From positions 1,504,001-1,568,000 of the forward strand of contig CBDBZY010000064.1 of NCBI GenBank assembly GCA_965213685.1: a stretch of 64,000 bases of DNA, in the 5' to 3' direction. Both the position numbers and the translations under genes were made by a program. This DNA comes from a bacterium. Its GTDB lineage: Bacteria; UBA8248. The notes under the pieces were generated by a model. It was not told where the DNA came from, did no database searches, and worked only from the letters and a program-made list of their open reading frames with translations. Shown piece by piece: positions 24,605 through 44,844 of the stretch. How positions within the stretch are numbered: the stretch's first letter is position 1; the number at the start of each line of letters is the position of its first letter.

Positions 24605-25204
24605 GGCTCTTAGTCACAAGGCAGCGGACAACGGCAGAGCAGACAACGTTGACGATGGATAGACTCTTACAGATAAGCGTAAAAGCTACAAAAGCTAAAG
24701 CTAGTGGAGTCCAAAGAGTTTTGTACACGTGGTGTCCACGTACAACACTCGAAAGCTGAACCATAGATTGTAAACATCTATGGCAGAACGCTACCATACA
24801 GGTGCGAGTAAATTTACGGAGACTATAACAGCGGTATACGGAATGTATACGGAACTCTCGTTGTTTAGCGCGTATCCGTTAATTATCTTACCGTTTACAT
24901 CTATACACAGCCAAAAATAATTGGGCTCGATTTGATACCGACTGCCGTAAGGTATCGAATCGAGGACAAGGAGGAGCTCGAATCGAGCACGTAAGGCCCT
25001 TACGGCCTCGAACCGACACTGGGGTTACATTTCGATTCGAGCTGTAAGGCAGACCCCATACAAAAAATACAATGGGACTGCCCCAAATGAACGTACCGAT
25101 ACTGTAATTCCGTACCGTATCGCGCACGTTTACGTCCTCGAATCGGGATTACATTTTTGGCCGTGTAGGCACTTGCACCTAACAACCGGTGTTTACGGTA
25201 TCTA

Positions 25205-26150
25205 AACAAGATGCTTCAAGATCACTTTGTGTGCAGTCTACCAAATCAGAGCATCCAAAAGAGCCTACTTTCTGTGGATGATCTTTCACTGTCTGATGCA
25301 GTACAGAAGGCACAGACCCTACAGACACTGCGCAACGCAATGTCAAAGCTATCAAGTCTATGCCTAGGTACGGTCAACCCCTCCCTGTCCAGCTGTTTCC
25401 TCACCAATCAAATAGTGATGGTCATGAGGTTAAGATGTGCCACTTCTGTGGCAAATCAGGCCATATACATGTATACAAGCAATGACTGCTGATTGTGTGA
25501 CACTGTGTGCCTTGGGTGTGGGAAGAAGGGGCACCTTGCAAAAGTATGTGGCTCAGGTGGGTGGGAAGGCAGCCAGGTGAGTGTCCATGAAGGAAGTATC
25601 ACTAGCTTCCTCCAGCCTTTACAGAGAATGCTGAGGATATCCTGTGTCAAGTACATGTACATGTATATACCTTGACCCCAGCTAAACAGAAGCCCTATAA
25701 GATTGGACTAACTGTGTCTCATATTCCAGGCAATCCAGATTCCAAGCAACTATTTCCCACAAGCAATCCTGGGGGAAGTCAGTAATTAGTTTCTTCCCAT
25801 ACCACTAAGCCTATCCCTGTGGTGGGCCAGGTGCTGGTCAAGCTAGGCGACATGCAATGAGCATGAAGGAATGCATGCAGCAGTGAATAGGAATGAGTTG
25901 TCTCTCCTTGGACAAGACTGGTTACCATCAAGGCTGTTGCAGTGGTTGATAGGAAGCAACAAGTAGAGACACTTCTGAGCATGTATTCGCTAGTGTTAGC
26001 CCCTGTATGATGACATTAATGAAAGCCCACTAGATGCCAGACCATAATTTTGTCACCTCCATCCTGTGCCTTGTGGGATCAAGAGAAGGTGCGAAGCAAG
26101 TAAGACAGGCTTGAGAAGACTGGCGTGCTCCAAAGATAAGGTGCATGCGA
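25205..26150 (+). mobile_element. Degenerate Gypsy-like gag/pol fragment
   Basis: LQDHFVCSLPNQSIQKSLLSVDDLSLSDAVQKAQ resembles Gypsy gag. CCHC knuckle CLGCGKKGHLAKVC. Confidence 0.65.
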
Positions 26151-26624
26151 TAGTTTTTCCTGCCATGTGTATCACCTGTCACGGAAAAAATGTACATGTA
26201 AAATTAGTCTTTTGTGTGCACTCATTTATGTACAGAGGGTGTTTGAGAGGATTGTACATACATGTATATAAATCACATGATAATCTTGCATATTACACAA
26301 ATTCCACATGTTCTGAACTATATCATTTGAAAGATCCAGTACCAAGGTTGCCATCCAACATTGTGAGGCTGCATCATCTAAACTCACCCTTCCATGTGTG
26401 CTGAATTTCAGAAATCAACCTGTTTTATCATGTCAACCACTAGAAAGACACTGATGGGATGAATGTCTCTGTTTGTGCATCATATTTGTTGTATATATTC
26501 TTCATTGGTAACATACGTCTTGCCTAACATATGTATATGCATGTACATGTACTTGTGTAGGCTTGCTCCTTCATTGATACTGCTCTTGAATATTTACACA
26601 TGCAGCTCTTCTACCTCCCCACAG

Positions 26625-27119
26625 ACTGGCCAGGAGGTAAAGCACTATGGTCACAAGAGGGCTAAACTCAACCCCCATAGCAGCACCACAAACCAACAGA
26701 AAGCAAAGAATAAATCCTTCGTAATGATGAGACAAAAGAAGTCGATCAGAGTGAAAGGCAAACGTTCCTTTAGAGAAGAACAAGTAAGCATGTTTTGTGA
26801 TAGGCATACAACAGATTAGACTGGTAATAATGGTTTTACACATATGAATTTTTGTACTATGAGCTGTTAACACCTCTAGCGTATTAGACTGAGATCTCAC
26901 TGTACTTAGGCTCTCAAGGTGCTATAGGTCCATCTTGGTTCTGCACTATGGTCAATGTCATGTTTCCTTCACCACATGGCATCTGTGGACACATATTATG
27001 CATACCTTTTGCAGATACAATCCTTTGAACACTGAGTTCTGGTTCTGTGAGGTATCTTGTCTTTTTCTTCATTGCAGGTTTCTCTCAGGAATTCACTTTT
27101 GAAGCACAGGAGAAAGTGA
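26625..27119 (+). pseudogene. SDAD1: Orphan duplicate of the last two SDAD1 exons
   Basis: Exons 26625-26783 (TGQEVKHYGHKR...KRSFREEQ) and 27078-27119 (VSLRNSLLKHRRK*). Splice sites and frame are intact, and no upstream SDAD1 exons are duplicated. Confidence 0.85.
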
Positions 27120-27519
27120 TTTGTGTATTAGATCATTTCAGACTTGTTCATGCATTGCTCAGACAAATGCTATCATGCGCGTAATGTATTGGGCATGTGT
27201 TATCTGGAATTCACATCTGTTCAGGAATATGTTCGCTTTGACCAATAATTATGTCTACTTATCGTGACTGTATTAGTTAGTACTTACACGGTATGTGCAG
27301 CCAGGTACCTAGGTACTGTCCTGGTGTAAGGGGAAGTACATACATTGTGGTTCTCAGAACTTGTAGTTTAACATCCTGTAGCTTCAGCCAGAGAAGTACC
27401 TTCATCTGTTCATCTTCATAGTCTTTTTTAGTTGTTTAGGCGAGTTTCAGTTTTGATATTAGCTTTCAGGTTTCTTTCATGGGTGTGAAGTACAAGTTAC
27501 AGTATGTATCTATATTTAA

Positions 27520-27812
27520 AGTTATAGCCTGTTGCTAGGTGGTTGCTAAGATTATAGAGGTGCTTTAAAACAACTACAGGAAGCTGAAGGTGACTATATC
27601 TGGTGTGGAGGTGACTATATCTGGTGTTGAGGTGACTATATCTGGTGTCGGAGGTGACTATATCTGAATGCTATAGGGAGATATAGTCCCTCACACCTGA
27701 TATAGTCCCGTTGCCATAAGCAACAGTGTAGTATGTTACCTAACATGGCATAATCTTAGGCTTCTTCACACTTCGTTAGTAGTAAAGGCACCTAGCAATG
27801 GGCTCTAAATTA
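27520..27812. mobile_element. Small TIR element with subterminal repeats
   Basis: Imperfect TIR TTATAGCCTGTTGCTAGGTG / CACCTAGCAATGGGCTCTAA. Four GGTGACTATATCTG units at ~27589-27666 and inverted GATATAGTCC units. Confidence 0.65.
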
Positions 27813-29034
27813 GTTATATCACATCTAGTCAGGATGTTGCTGTTTATAGACCCTCACCCCTCGGGCGCTACGTGCCCGGGTCTCGGGTCTATAAACCTGC
27901 AACATCCCTCCTAGCCGTGATATAACTAATACAAAAAGTGGAGTGTGTGCTACCTGTGAGGGTGAGTTTTGCTGACACAAGTGGAAAGTTCCATCCAGAG
28001 CACTGAACAGGGGTCCATTGACTAGAAGTCCAGTCGCCAAGCACCAAGCCATTACTCCAGGCAAACGTTTGTCTCCCCATTTTTCCTTATGACATTGTGA
28101 AGAATGGAGAGACATGTTGTCCAGAGTAATGGCTTGGTGTTGAATTGGGAGACAAACTTTTGTCCAGAGTAGTGGCTTGGTGTTTGATGCACTGGACTCC
28201 TATATAGTCACTGGGCTCAGGTTTGATGTTCCGTAAGGAAGTTTGTCTTTCCATTCTTTCTTTTTCCACCTGTGTCACCAACGATAATTTACTTATCCAT
28301 CACCAGGTAATGTACCCTTGAGGGCAATATAACCACTCAAATCCAAAAGAATGGTGCCTAGGAAGGCCTAAGTGGGTTATGTAAGTACTGGTTAGTGGGC
28401 CGGGTGTATAGAGTTGATTAAGTACATATATGTACATGTACCCCTTGAAGTGATGCATTCTGGCCGTTTCACCCATGGGCTGAGGGTACAATTTCAGTTA
28501 TATGCAAGATGTGAACATGCATGGGGATCAACTGTTATACAATATTTGTGAAATAAGTTGCCAGAGATGGGCCAGTTGGCACACACAATTAACTTGAACT
28601 TGATGCCCTTTGTTGACTAGGAGGGTGAATACCCTTAAACATAATTATGCTACCTGAACTGTTTTCCAATAATTATTGTTTTGACTTATATACATGTGCA
28701 TGTACTTTCACAGTGTTCCCTCTTGACATAGATAATTGTTGTGTGTGTCTAGACATCAAGAATAGTTGTTTAGGCTGCAAATGGGGTTTCGTGAAAGTAA
28801 TTATTTTAGTCCAGAATTGTTGTGCTGTGTTTGAAGTCCTACTAACATCAACACCCTTGGCACTGCTTCTTCTTAGTATACTATTCTTATGAGAACTGCA
28901 GTGAAAGCAGGGTGTTTAGCATCATTGATAGTTTTGGAGTAGTGTATGTTGAAAAAGTATACATCTGATACTTTAATTTTCAAGAGTGCAGTTAATGAAC
29001 TGCAGTACATAATTTATATACAAGACCTGTAATA

Positions 29035-36932
<7,898 letters not shown>

Positions 36933-37049
36933 CAGATACAGTGTTCAACCGTACTCTAGCGCAGGAAACACCCAATGAATAGGTGTTGAGGTCGATTTCT
37001 CACCACAAACAATAAAACTCTGTTTCTTTGTACATGGCCACGCTCTAGA

Positions 37050-37442
37050 ATTTTGTGCGGCAAGTATCCGAAGTACGTGAGGCGGCGCTGCGTTCGCGGA
37101 AGCGATGCGGACGATTGGTGGGTTGTAAACAATACTCGCTCCGTTACCCTCCCATGAGGAATCCGCTCGCAGTAACACAAGTTTTTCCTCCACCACTCGG
37201 TGAATTTAACTAAGAACGCATCACCACCGAACTTGTAAGCTTACACTTTGTACCTTTTAGTACAGTAAGTTCACGGTTCAAAGGTGGGATAAGTTATGGT
37301 GACGTCTGTACAACTTCCGGTTACCGCAGCCATAATATATTGTGCACATGTAGTCGGATAAAGCAGTTGCAAGTTATTGGTACTAAGAATACGTAGTGCA
37401 GTTTATTGCGAACTGACATATCTTGCGAAAGTAGGGAATAAT
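37050..37442. promoter_or_regulatory. Probable bidirectional CpG-rich promoter / 5' UTR region
   Basis: Lies between divergent ATGs at 36932 (-) and 37443 (+). CpG is retained. CRE-like TGACGTC at 37300-37306, ETS-type ACTTCCGG at 37313-37320 and GCCAT at ~37329. Confidence 0.6.
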
Positions 37443-38402
37443 ATGTATAGGAGCGCAGATGCTGATCTCGCCTCTCCAGCCAAGATCAAAGGAAGCGATG
37501 GGCTCGTGCTCAGAGCTGCGTCGTACTGTGGGGACGGCGGGCGACCCTCCGTAGCACTGGCGGACGAAAGGATAGCAGTGCTCGTGCACGAGGGCCAGGG
37601 AGGTACGGAGCTGCAGCACTGTGTTGGGGTGGTCGATGCGGAGGGCAAGGTGGAGTGGGGCAGACACCACCAGTGCGCCAAAGGAATCAATCCATGCGTC
37701 GCTACTAATGATATGTGGATTGTGGTGGAGGTCCATGAAAACCACGGAGAGAACAGGTTGTGGTGCAAGTACGGCATCGTAAATCCCGAGAATAAAGAGG
37801 TTACGTGGGGGAAGAGTCATTTTTACGGCTGGGGCGCGCAGCCCGCAGTAGCGTTGAGGACGGACGGGAGATTAGTGGAGGTGCACGAAGAGAGGCATCT
37901 GTTCAAGAAGAGCCTGTGCTACAGGCTAGGCCGGATAGACATGGAGAATCGATCCATCCACTGGGAGGAGGCCATCAAGATTGGGAAGGGGAAGAACCCT
38001 AAGGTGGCTGTGAGTGATGAAGGTGTTGTAATTGAGGTCCATGAAAACGACAGTGACAGTGGACTGTGTTACACTGTGGGTGAACTGAAGGAGAATCGTA
38101 TTGAGTGGGGAGAGATGCAAAAGTATGATGTGGGTGTTGCACCGTGTGTGTGCATCAAGAACTGGAGCAATCAGATCGTGGAGGTACACCAAGACGCTAC
38201 GTCAGAGACCCTCCAGTACCGCACTGGAGTTATTAACTTGAAGGACAAGATGATTGACTGGCTTCCAGAGAAGGTTAAGCAGCACAAAGGGAAGAGTCCA
38301 GGAATAGCTGTGGGAGACAATGGCACTCTCATTACTGTGCAGGTGGAGGCCAGCAGCTCTATGGCATGTTCAGTTGGATCAATAGCCAAATTAGTGCAAT
38401 GA
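37443..38402 (+). CDS. Intronless 319-aa protein of six ~50-aa repeats, probable beta-propeller, function unknown
   Basis: Open ORF with the repeated unit G-x-x-P-x-V-A-x(4-5)-V-E-V-H-E-x(6-8)-L-x-Y-x-x-G-x(6-8)-I-x-W-G. Confidence 0.88.
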   Translation: MYRSADADLASPAKIKGSDGLVLRAASYCGDGGRPSVALADERIAVLVHEGQGGTELQHCVGVVDAEGKVEWGRHHQCAKGINPCVATNDMWIVVEVHENHGENRLWCKYGIVNPENKEVTWGKSHFYGWGAQPAVALRTDGRLVEVHEERHLFKKSLCYRLGRIDMENRSIHWEEAIKIGKGKNPKVAVSDEGVVIEVHENDSDSGLCYTVGELKENRIEWGEMQKYDVGVAPCVCIKNWSNQIVEVHQDATSETLQYRTGVINLKDKMIDWLPEKVKQHKGKSPGIAVGDNGTLITVQVEASSSMACSVGSIAKLVQ

Positions 38403-38998
38403 GTGTATTAGTGTTGTATGTCTTTCCACCCAATCATTAGCTCTATTGAATTTGGTGTCAGAATCTTCTTTTTTTTACTGTAATTTCTTGCTGCTTTTGG
38501 TCTGGTTGTCAATGGACACTGTGTCCTTTTATGCTGATAGTATTTTAATCATAATCTTATGCTTATATATAGAATACCATAATATAATACATGTATGTAA
38601 GGACTGGGAAAGAAGTCTACTTCTTGTCAATTTGCTTTACATTGCCAAAAATTTACATATGTAAGTATGTTTCCAAATATGTAGGTGCATGTACGTACAT
38701 GTTTGTACCTACATTCCCATAGCTGTGAAGGGTATGACACTATATGGAATGTAACGAATGAAACTTGGTGGACTTCCCTCCCTGTTGTAGATTAATCCTG
38801 AACATTCTTGCACCTTTAGGTTTGGCTAGGGAAGTCATGTCATGACTGTAGGCCCAACTTTAGAAGATTCTAAGAATGTTGATATTACACTACCAGTCAA
38901 AAAGAATTGAACACCCAGCAGAAATAGCTTTGATGCACAGATTCTAGTGCTCAGTCTGTACCTCTTGCACTCTGTGCAGGGAGTTGTTTGTGCATAAA

Positions 38999-39241
38999 GG
39001 CCCCCATACACGAGGCAACATTGTTGCCGGCAACAGTTGCCTGCAACAATGTTGCTGCGTGTATGATGCAATGTTGCGTTGTTGCGTGTTGCCGGCAACT
39101 GTTGCTCGGAAATAGAACTATAGCCTAAACTTCAGCAACAGTTGCCGGCAACACGCAACAACGCAACATTGCATCATACACGCGGCAACATTGTTGCAGG
39201 CAACTGTTGCCAGCAACAAAGTTGCCTCGTGTATGGGGGCC
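38999..39241. mobile_element. Palindromic MITE, PIF/Harbinger (Tourist)-like
   Basis: Near-perfect hairpin GGCCCCCATACACGAGGCAAC...GTTGCCTCGTGTATGGGGGCC with TAA/TTA-type flanks. Confidence 0.8.
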
Positions 39242-40398
39242 TTAAGAGTACTCACTTCTTCTAGAACACTTAGACGTAATATGGCTTCATTGCCAGTAGT
39301 TAGAAGGTGGAGCTATTGAGGGTCTTCACCCACACACATTAGCGCGCTATCCTGCTGCTCTGCAATACTGCAATAAAACCCAAACATTCTTCTCAAACAA
39401 GTAGTAGGACTTGAAATATGTCTAGTCGTAATAATAACCCACACATTCACATCAAGGATTGTGAGAGAATTTGTATCTCTGGTTACACCCTATGCTTTAA
39501 TTGCTACTATGCATAATCTTCCACCAGCGTGAAAAATTGTGACCCTGACAGCTGTCTTTGCCCTGTAGTGTGCTTGATTCACAGTTTATTCTCATCCAAG
39601 GGAGTCACACTGCCTTGGAAGTGCCCTAGAATATCCCAAAGATGTTCTACCAGGTTTGGATTACGGCTCAGTGCAAACTAATTTAGAAGGTTCTGTCCAT
39701 TCTGGGCCATCCAGCTCACTGTGTACTTGACTAAGTGGCTAATGGTATCACTCTGGTGAAAGATGTAGTCCGTGTCCAGGCCCAGAGACCGCGTAGTAGC
39801 CGGAAAAGCCCTCCTCAGAAAAGTGACATGGGCTTTACACAAAAATGACACAAACTTGCTTGAGCTCGCCCACGCCCATCTTGATTTTACAGCCCTTCCC
39901 ACCACACATTGCTGCTACTGTGTTTCAGTGTGTGCAGAATACAGTCGTACCTGTATGCCTCTCTAGCTCTGTGGTGTGCAAAAGGGCTAGCATTGTCCCT
40001 GAAAGTGTCCTGTTAGTGTATGTGAGTGTATTTGTTTATCATGAAAATTTGTAAAGGAAAAAATGATTTTGGGCAAACATTGCATGTTGGGCAGTAATTG
40101 GAACATTTGCGCATGGGTAGTTTTGTGAGTACCAGTTATTGAACTGATGTGCGCTGTCCAACAATTGGTGCAAAGTTCAAAATTTTTTATACAAAGATTT
40201 CAGATATGATAGGCCATCCTGTGAAGTAGTCGTTTTCAAGAAATTGTTCTGACTATTCTGCTACTCTTGCAAAAGTCCTTAAGTGTCCAATACTGGTGAT
40301 GTTACCCTAGACTCTTTTGTTTGTTTGTTTTTTTTTTTGATTTATGATGAATGACCCAAAACAGGGAAGATGTCAATCTACGAGTAAGAGCATTGAAT

Positions 40399-40528
40399 CA
40401 TAGATACTATACCTTCTGTAAGGTATAGTATCTATGGTTGAATGCGAAGTAGTCTAGTTCCCAGACCCTTTTACGTAAGCGCATGCGCTTATACGTGGAA
40501 GGGTCTGGGAACCAGACGAAATGCGAAG
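40399..40528. mobile_element. Two adjacent minimal hairpin elements
   Basis: CATAGATACTATACCTT...AAGGTATAGTATCTATG flanked by (A/G)TTGAAT, and TAGTCTAGTTCCCAGACC...GGTCTGGGAACCAGACGA flanked by the 9-bp AATGCGAAG. Confidence 0.7.
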
Positions 40529-41265
40529 TAGCTCTCTACACAATCTTTTTGATGGGGGAAATCTAATGAAAAAAAAAAATCTACAAAGTATCATAGATAT
40601 AAAACTTCAATAACTATGTACAAAAGTGTACTGTACTCCAGGCTATAGACCGTCTACGCAAGGTTTTCTACTGCCACCTTACTATATATGAGTATCGCAA
40701 ATTTTCTTGACTGTCCATTCCACACCACAAGCACTACAGCACACCTCCTTTGTGTATGCAGTTTCTCACTTAGCTTTCTTTTCATTTTCGTGAAAAAAAT
40801 ACCGAAAATAATTTTACAATCGCGTGTGGTGGGCATTAATTGAGGAAGTCGCACCGCGTGCCATAGAGAGATCGAGATGGCTTGCCACGGTGAGAAGGAG
40901 CGGTAGCGTCGAATAGACATGATTTCACAGAGAAGACAGCAACTTGTACTCGTTCGGTCACCTTGTGTTTGACTTGTTCACACGTACCGCCTCTGCTGTA
41001 CTCGCAAGTTCCAAATATTCGTTGAAAATTTTTCGGTTATAAATTTATATTCGTATTTTCGTGACTTTGCTGTGTACAATTATTTTTACAACGAAAATAA
41101 AGCTAATTACGGTAATTGGCTAACTGCGTGTATACTTCATGTCACAGGTAATCAATCTCCGTCTCACTACCACTGGGCTTGCTGTAGAATGGTCTGAAAC
41201 AATGTCATGGCTGTAAATGTCTGTCTTGTGCAGAAAACTACATACAACAAACTAAAGCCGATCAG

Positions 41266-42861
41266 TCACATACTCAACTCTCCCTCAAGCTGTCCAGCCA
41301 GCACATTCTTGTCATGGTCCCTTAGCAATTCTATCAGCTTTCTCCAAGTGGCAGGCTGTTCTCCATTACCTGCCATCCAATACTTCACCATAGCTAGGCA
41401 ACATTTTTGAGGATTTTGTGTCCCATTTTCATATTCAATCAAATCCAGTTGGGCTCCATCAGTGTCAAAATCAAACAAAATTCCAAATTGTTTCCAATGA
41501 GAAGCGAGAGACTTGATAACCTCAATCTTCCCACCTGTCTTAGTCCTCATTATGGACAACTGCTTTAGAGTTGGTTTGGAGTCTGAAAGAAGCATAGAAA
41601 TGTAGCAACGTACTTAGTATGTGGCACAGGTCCACTCCATTACAAATTTCTTACCTAATGGATCTTCGACAGCAGGTTGGTTATTTTTCAATTCAGGCAT
41701 AGCTGTAGTTAAAATATGCATAATTATGTATATCAGGATGGTTCACAACATAAATTCATGTACATGTAGCTGTATAGGATCATTGCTACGTATAGTTTAC
41801 TAGTTTCAAAGGTAATGAACTTTGTGTAGCAGAAAACGTAGACCTTCCAGCTGAAGTGAGATAAAGATGCCCACTGGATTGCCAGTCTCTGGGCCCAGGT
41901 TCAGTGCTACGGATGGAAGTGTGTCTTTCCAGTTTTTCTTTGTCTAGATTTGCATATTGGTACATGCAGGTGCACTGCAGCTCTCATGAGTCACAGTCCT
42001 GACAAATATCAGTTTGCACTCCACCACATTCAGACGTGGTGCACTCCTCAATACATCACATGAAACCCAGTGTACTGCAGTGTGTGCTCTATAGGAGGGT
42101 CTAGTCTCGCAATGACATGTCAACAAGGCAGCCATTTGGCATTACATTTGGCAGCCATTACTGAGTAGGCTTTGTCCGTCCTCCCCCTTGTCATACCTAC
42201 CCCTTCACCCCCCACACTACATTACCCCCCCTCCTCCTCCCCTCCCCTCTTCACCTCATGCTGTTCTTTTGCTCAGGTACATAATAAAGACACCTCTCTC
42301 TGAGGAAGGTCTACAGACCAAAATGTCCTGTTTCTATTAAGTTTTCTGCTATGCAAAGTTCATTAACTTTGGAACTAGTATACATACATGTACTTACAAG
42401 TAGTGTGATCCCCTTTTTCCTCTTCAATATACTTCATAAGCTCTCCATTGTACACAGGTTTTTTGGTCACTGTGAAAGTATTCAGTCTATGTATACATGT
42501 ATATGGCCATCTACAAGCCTTCTGATCATCACATATTATGTAACTTACATAAGTCCTGGATCAATTTCTTTACCAGATCAATGTCAGTTGTGCATTCAGC
42601 CATAATATCCACAAACTTTTCAAACCATTTCTCCCCTGTGTCATTATTGACTTTGATCGTAACACAGTTCAACAGGCTACTTGCCTTGCTTGCAAATGAC
42701 ACTCCTGTGGTGTCAGTGATACTTCTCCTCTGGTGTGATGTTATAAAGGCTTCTTGTTCCAAGTGCAGAGCAATCACTTGCAAATTGAATTCAACAGCTA
42801 GAGCCAGGTTTGTCAAATTTACCCTTAGTGCATACATTTCTGCCCGTTCTCCAGATGCCAT
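41266..42861 (-). CDS. Death-fold adaptor gene A: CARD-like + linker + death domain type A
   Basis: Exons at 42861-42549 (MASGERAEMYALRVNL..LQVIALHLEQEAFIT..SKASSLL), 42469-42398, 41702-41655 and 41582-41266 (DSKPTLKQL..HWKQFGILF..CCLAMVKYW..ATWRKLIELL*). All junctions are phase 1 and in frame. Confidence 0.85.
41770..42378. mobile_element. Non-coding Penelope-derived insertion with inverted ends, in an intron of gene A
   Basis: Ends match those of the 10383-11331 element (TTGCTACGTATAGTTTACTAGTTTCAAAG... and ...CTGCTATGCAAAGTTCATTAACTTTG). Confidence 0.75.
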
Positions 42862-42974
42862 GTCACCTATACATGTGGTAAGACACATGTATATAGCATG
42901 CATAGACCTATTGGCTTAACCTTAGTTTTTGACAGTAGTGAGTTGCTTTTGGCTTTCAACTTATACTTGACACC

Positions 42975-43165
<191 letters not shown>

Positions 43166-43387
43166 CTACACACGTGAAAGGACTGCCTACCGAAGGTGGG
43201 TAAAAATTATTAAACTACGCACTGTATTATGGAGTCAACCAAAGTACGACAGAGGTCTAGCACTGTGCAGTGGCCAGAGCTGATATATAAAATGTAGCCA
43301 AATAGCTAAATTACTCTCTTCCTACCGCAGATCACTGATGATAAAGCCTTCTTCGGTCACTGTTTCCACTTGCAGTAGGCTTCTAGC

Positions 43388-43981
43388 TAGTCTCATTCCC
43401 AGACCACCCGAAAGCGAGGTGGGTTTGGCACGTGTACGTCACTGAACTGGCTAGACAAAAAAGTAGGCGGGGCGGGGCTTGTTGTTTTATTGTCTTAGAG
43501 GAGTAGCCGGGACACGCTATTAGCGGCTAGCTTTTGGAAGTAACGAGAAGGGGTTGACGTATTTGGCATCGTTGGTAGGCAGGATCAAGTGGCATAAACG
43601 GCACCTGCGTAATTACATGTGCGTTCGAGTCCTAGCCTACTGCTGCTACTTCCTAGCCTACCCCTAGCCCTTGCCCTGTCACAAAAGCGCCCCTGCCCCG
43701 TCACAAAACGGGTGACGCCTGGGCAGAGGCTAGAGGTAGGCTAGTCCACTCGATTTTGTGACGGAGTAGGGGCTAGGGGTAGGCTAGGAAGTAGCAGCAG
43801 CAGGCCAGGACTCGAACGCGCATGTAATTACGCAGCTGCCGTTTATTCCACTTGATCCGACTACCATTGAAGGGCAAACAATGTCATAGATCTGTTGTAT
43901 AGACAATTCAGCAGTCAGACCCAGCTAAAAATTTGCAAAACATTAGTATGATCACGGAAATACGTCTGGCTCGCGAGACTA
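43388..43981. mobile_element. MITE-like element with internal inverted repeats
   Basis: Ends TAGTCTC...GAGACTA. Sequence at ~43585-43670 is the inverse of ~43765-43855. Confidence 0.7.
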
Positions 43982-44844
43982 TGGGCTCTCTATATATGAC
44001 CAAAGATATATCTAAATGGATGGAACTTGAGTAAAGACCAACTTGTGGATAGGGCAAACCTCCCAACATTACAAAATCGAGGCTATACTTGAGAAATTAC
44101 TGTTTCATGGCCTATATTATGTATCCTTTGCATAAAATAGAAAAAACCTCAGCCTTCTCTGCGTCTTTAAAAATTCAGTTATGAAACAACAAACACCTGA
44201 ATGTTTTGTATCTACATATATCAGAGCACAGGTATCTACATACACACAGGGCACATTAATTGGACATTGTCAACATCCCACAAAACTTACTTCAATGCTA
44301 ATGATACTGGATGCAGTCTCCATGTGATTATCAGTATAGAGGTGCGTCTACCATTTTTACTGACCCTCTTATGTAGTCAAGACAATACAAGAATACCTTC
44401 TAAATTGGGCATAAATACATGGAAAATATGTGTATAGCATCCTAGCTACAGAAAAGAACAAAAGAACCTCAAGTACACATAAAGCACAAAACACAAAAGA
44501 CACAACATACAAAATCGAAAAATAAGAAAGCAGGACCCTGGGTGCCCAGCTTTGAGAACTGGGGCGGTAGGTTAATTAAAGAGTCTTTTATGGGCCCAAC
44601 TCTCTGTACACACACAGTGTCCCAACTTCCCCCATGATAAAATAAACTACGAGTACTAAGTTACAAAATGGGATAGAAACGATGCTGAGTAGAAAAATAG
44701 ATAGCTCAAAACTCACGTGTATGTGCTACTGTTCATAGTATAGTCAAGATACTGTAAAGTCATTTCACTATAGTACAGTCAAGTTTGCAAAGTACAGTGC
44801 TAGCTTCACGTCTACCACAAGAGAGAAAATACAGCAGAAAGTTA

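Noticed and set aside
27589-27666. Short regularly spaced repeats resembling a mini-CRISPR or iteron array
   Set aside because: They are 21-22-bp tandem units without spacers, inside a small TIR element.
39250-40050. Coding-like composition and short ORFs
   Set aside because: There is no recognisable motif or exon chain and there are many stops. It may be an old transposon remnant, but I cannot support that.
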